Shown piece after piece: positions 62,221 to 64,000 of a stretch of 64,000 nucleotides of DNA. Position 1 is the first letter of the stretch, and each line of letters opens with the position of its first letter. The DNA lies in the NCBI GenBank assembly GCA_002269645.1, contig NIVC01001516.1:5796-69795 (forward strand), written 5' to 3'. A program made the position numbers and the translations under genes. The notes beneath the pieces were generated by a model. It saw only the letters and a list, made by a program, of their open reading frames with translations, was not told the origin of the DNA and ran no database searches. The stretch is from Macrostomum lignano (taxonomy: Eukaryota).

Positions 62221-62834
62221 CCTCGGTGCCTCATCCTCACATCCCAACACCTTTGCGTGACTTACGCCATGTTAACACCTGCTTATATGCCACTCCCCAG
62301 CTCCCTTCCTGGCCCTATTTAAACTCCCCCCATATCCGGCAACTAATGGCTGCGCCCTGACCCAGGTATGCCGCTGGCTAATGCCCCGCAGCCTCAGCCT
62401 CCATCATCAATCAGAGAAGGCTGAAATTTCGGAAGCGCCACACAAAAAAAAAGCTGATCTAATGGTCGGTCTCGCAGAGGTCATTCAATGTCAAACAGAG
62501 TTGACCCCCAGACTGGAAAATTTGCCTGTCTTTTAGCTATAAGAAGCCCCGAAGTCGGTTTAAACGGAGACTGCAGAAACATTTTTTGTTTCCTGGTAGC
62601 TTCATTTTATTTTCGCGGAGTCATGAAGGGGATTATCCAACAGTTTCGTTAAAACTATACAGCCTCCACGGGTCACGGAGGTCAAATTTAAAAAGCATTT
62701 TTCCGTCTCGCCCAAACTTCTCGTTTCTTGACCCGACAGCACCAGTTTTAATTGGGTGTTTCTTGAAATAAGAAAACTCGATGGCAAGGCACCCCTCATC
62801 TTCATCATCTCTTCATTCATCATCTCATCATTCA

Positions 62835-63480
62835 TCAGTCTCTCCCTCTCAGTCTCCCTCTCAGACTCTCCCTCCCAGTCACTCCCCTCCGAGTCTCTCC
62901 CCTGTCAGTCTCTCCCTCCCAGTCTCTCCCTCCCAGTCTCTCCCTCTCAGACTCTTCCCTATCAGTCTCAGACTTTCCCTCCCAGTCTCTCCCTCTCAGT
63001 CCCTCCCAGTCTCTCCTTCTCAGTCTCTCCCCTGTTACAGTCTCTCCCTTGTCAGTTTCTCCCCTGTCAGTCTCTCCCCTGTCAGTCTCTCCCTGTCAGT
63101 CTCTCCCTGTCAGTCTCTCCCTCCCAGTCTCTCCTTCTCAGTCTCTCCCCTGTCAGTCTCTCCCTTGTCAGTCTCTCCCCCTGTCAGTCTCTCCCCTGTC
63201 AGTCTCTCCCTGTCTCTCTCCCTGTCATCTGTCAGTTCTCCCAGTCTCTCCTTCTCACTCTCTCCCTCCCAGTCTCTCCCTTGTCAGTCTCTCCCCTCTC
63301 AGTCTCTCCCTCTCAGTCTCTCCCTCTCAGTCTCTCCCTCTCAGTCTCTCCCTCTCAGTCTCTCCCTCTCAGTCTCTCCCGCTCAGTCTCTCCGCGCTCA
63401 GTTTCTCCTCTCAGTCTCTTCTTCTCAGTCTCTCCCTCTTTAAGTCTCTCCCTCTCTCAATCTCTCACTCAGTCCCCCAT
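62835..63480. repeat. (cagtctctccc)n-type degenerate repeat
   Basis: Direct reading. Confidence 0.9.
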
Positions 63481-63714
63481 CTCTGAGACTTTCCCTCGGT
63501 CTTTTCTCATTTCGGATTACAATTCCTCATAGAAAAATATTTTACACAACATATCGTTAGATGACCATCGATTTCTCAGTATGAAAGCTTCAAGGCTCAA
63601 CAAGGAGGTTCAATTATAATCGATTACAAGAAAAACTCATGTCGAAAGCTGTAAAAGTGCAATGCACAAAGAAATTAGTCCGTTTTATATCTGCTCAAGT
63701 GCGCAGAGCAACCG

Positions 63715-64000
63715 GGAGAGGGAGAGAGATGGAGAGGAAGCGAGAAAGATAGGAAGAGAGGGAGAGAGGGAGAGGGGAGAGAGGGAGAGAGGGAGGAAGA
63801 GTTATAGGAAGAGAGGGAGAGAGGGAGAAGGAAGGGAGAGGGGAGAGGGGTAGAGGAAGAGAGGGAGAGAGGGAGAGGAAGAGAGGGAAAGGAAGAGAGG
63901 GAGAGGATGACAGGGAGAGGAAGAGAGGGAGAGGAAGAGAGGGAGAGGAAGAGAGGGAGAGGAAGAGAGGGAGAGAGGAGAGGGAGAGGAAGAGAGGGAG
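63715..64000. repeat. GA-rich repeat (gaggaagagagg)n running off the window end
   Basis: Direct reading. Confidence 0.9.

Overview
Eukaryotic (metazoan) genomic window. GC-rich exons, AT-rich spacers and minisatellite-stuffed introns suggest a repeat-rich invertebrate such as the flatworm Macrostomum (inference). Host genes: a complete 11-exon clathrin heavy chain (14086-32557 +, 1681 aa; exons 1 and 11 are not in the ORF track; one GC-AG intron), an intronless SERF/4F5 gene, a 4-exon CocE/NonD (peptidase S15-like) hydrolase, a white-like ABCG transporter broken by many 1-nt indels, an 847-aa disordered protein with 16 tandem LIDFS-type repeats, and an orphan 2-TM ORF. Mobile DNA: a ~6-kb EnSpm/CACTA-like transposon with TIRs, an uninterrupted transposase ORF and a DUF4806-like second gene; a decayed tyrosine-recombinase-like element; several MITEs. 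Most striking: (1) two copies of a 245-297 bp TIR MITE carrying a ~65-nt 28S rRNA fragment spanning the R2/I-PpoI target site, with the cut site scrambled in both; (2) the multi-clathrin-box protein lying divergently upstream of the clathrin gene; (3) an array of duplicated, out-of-frame 3' splice-site modules in front of clathrin exon 8.
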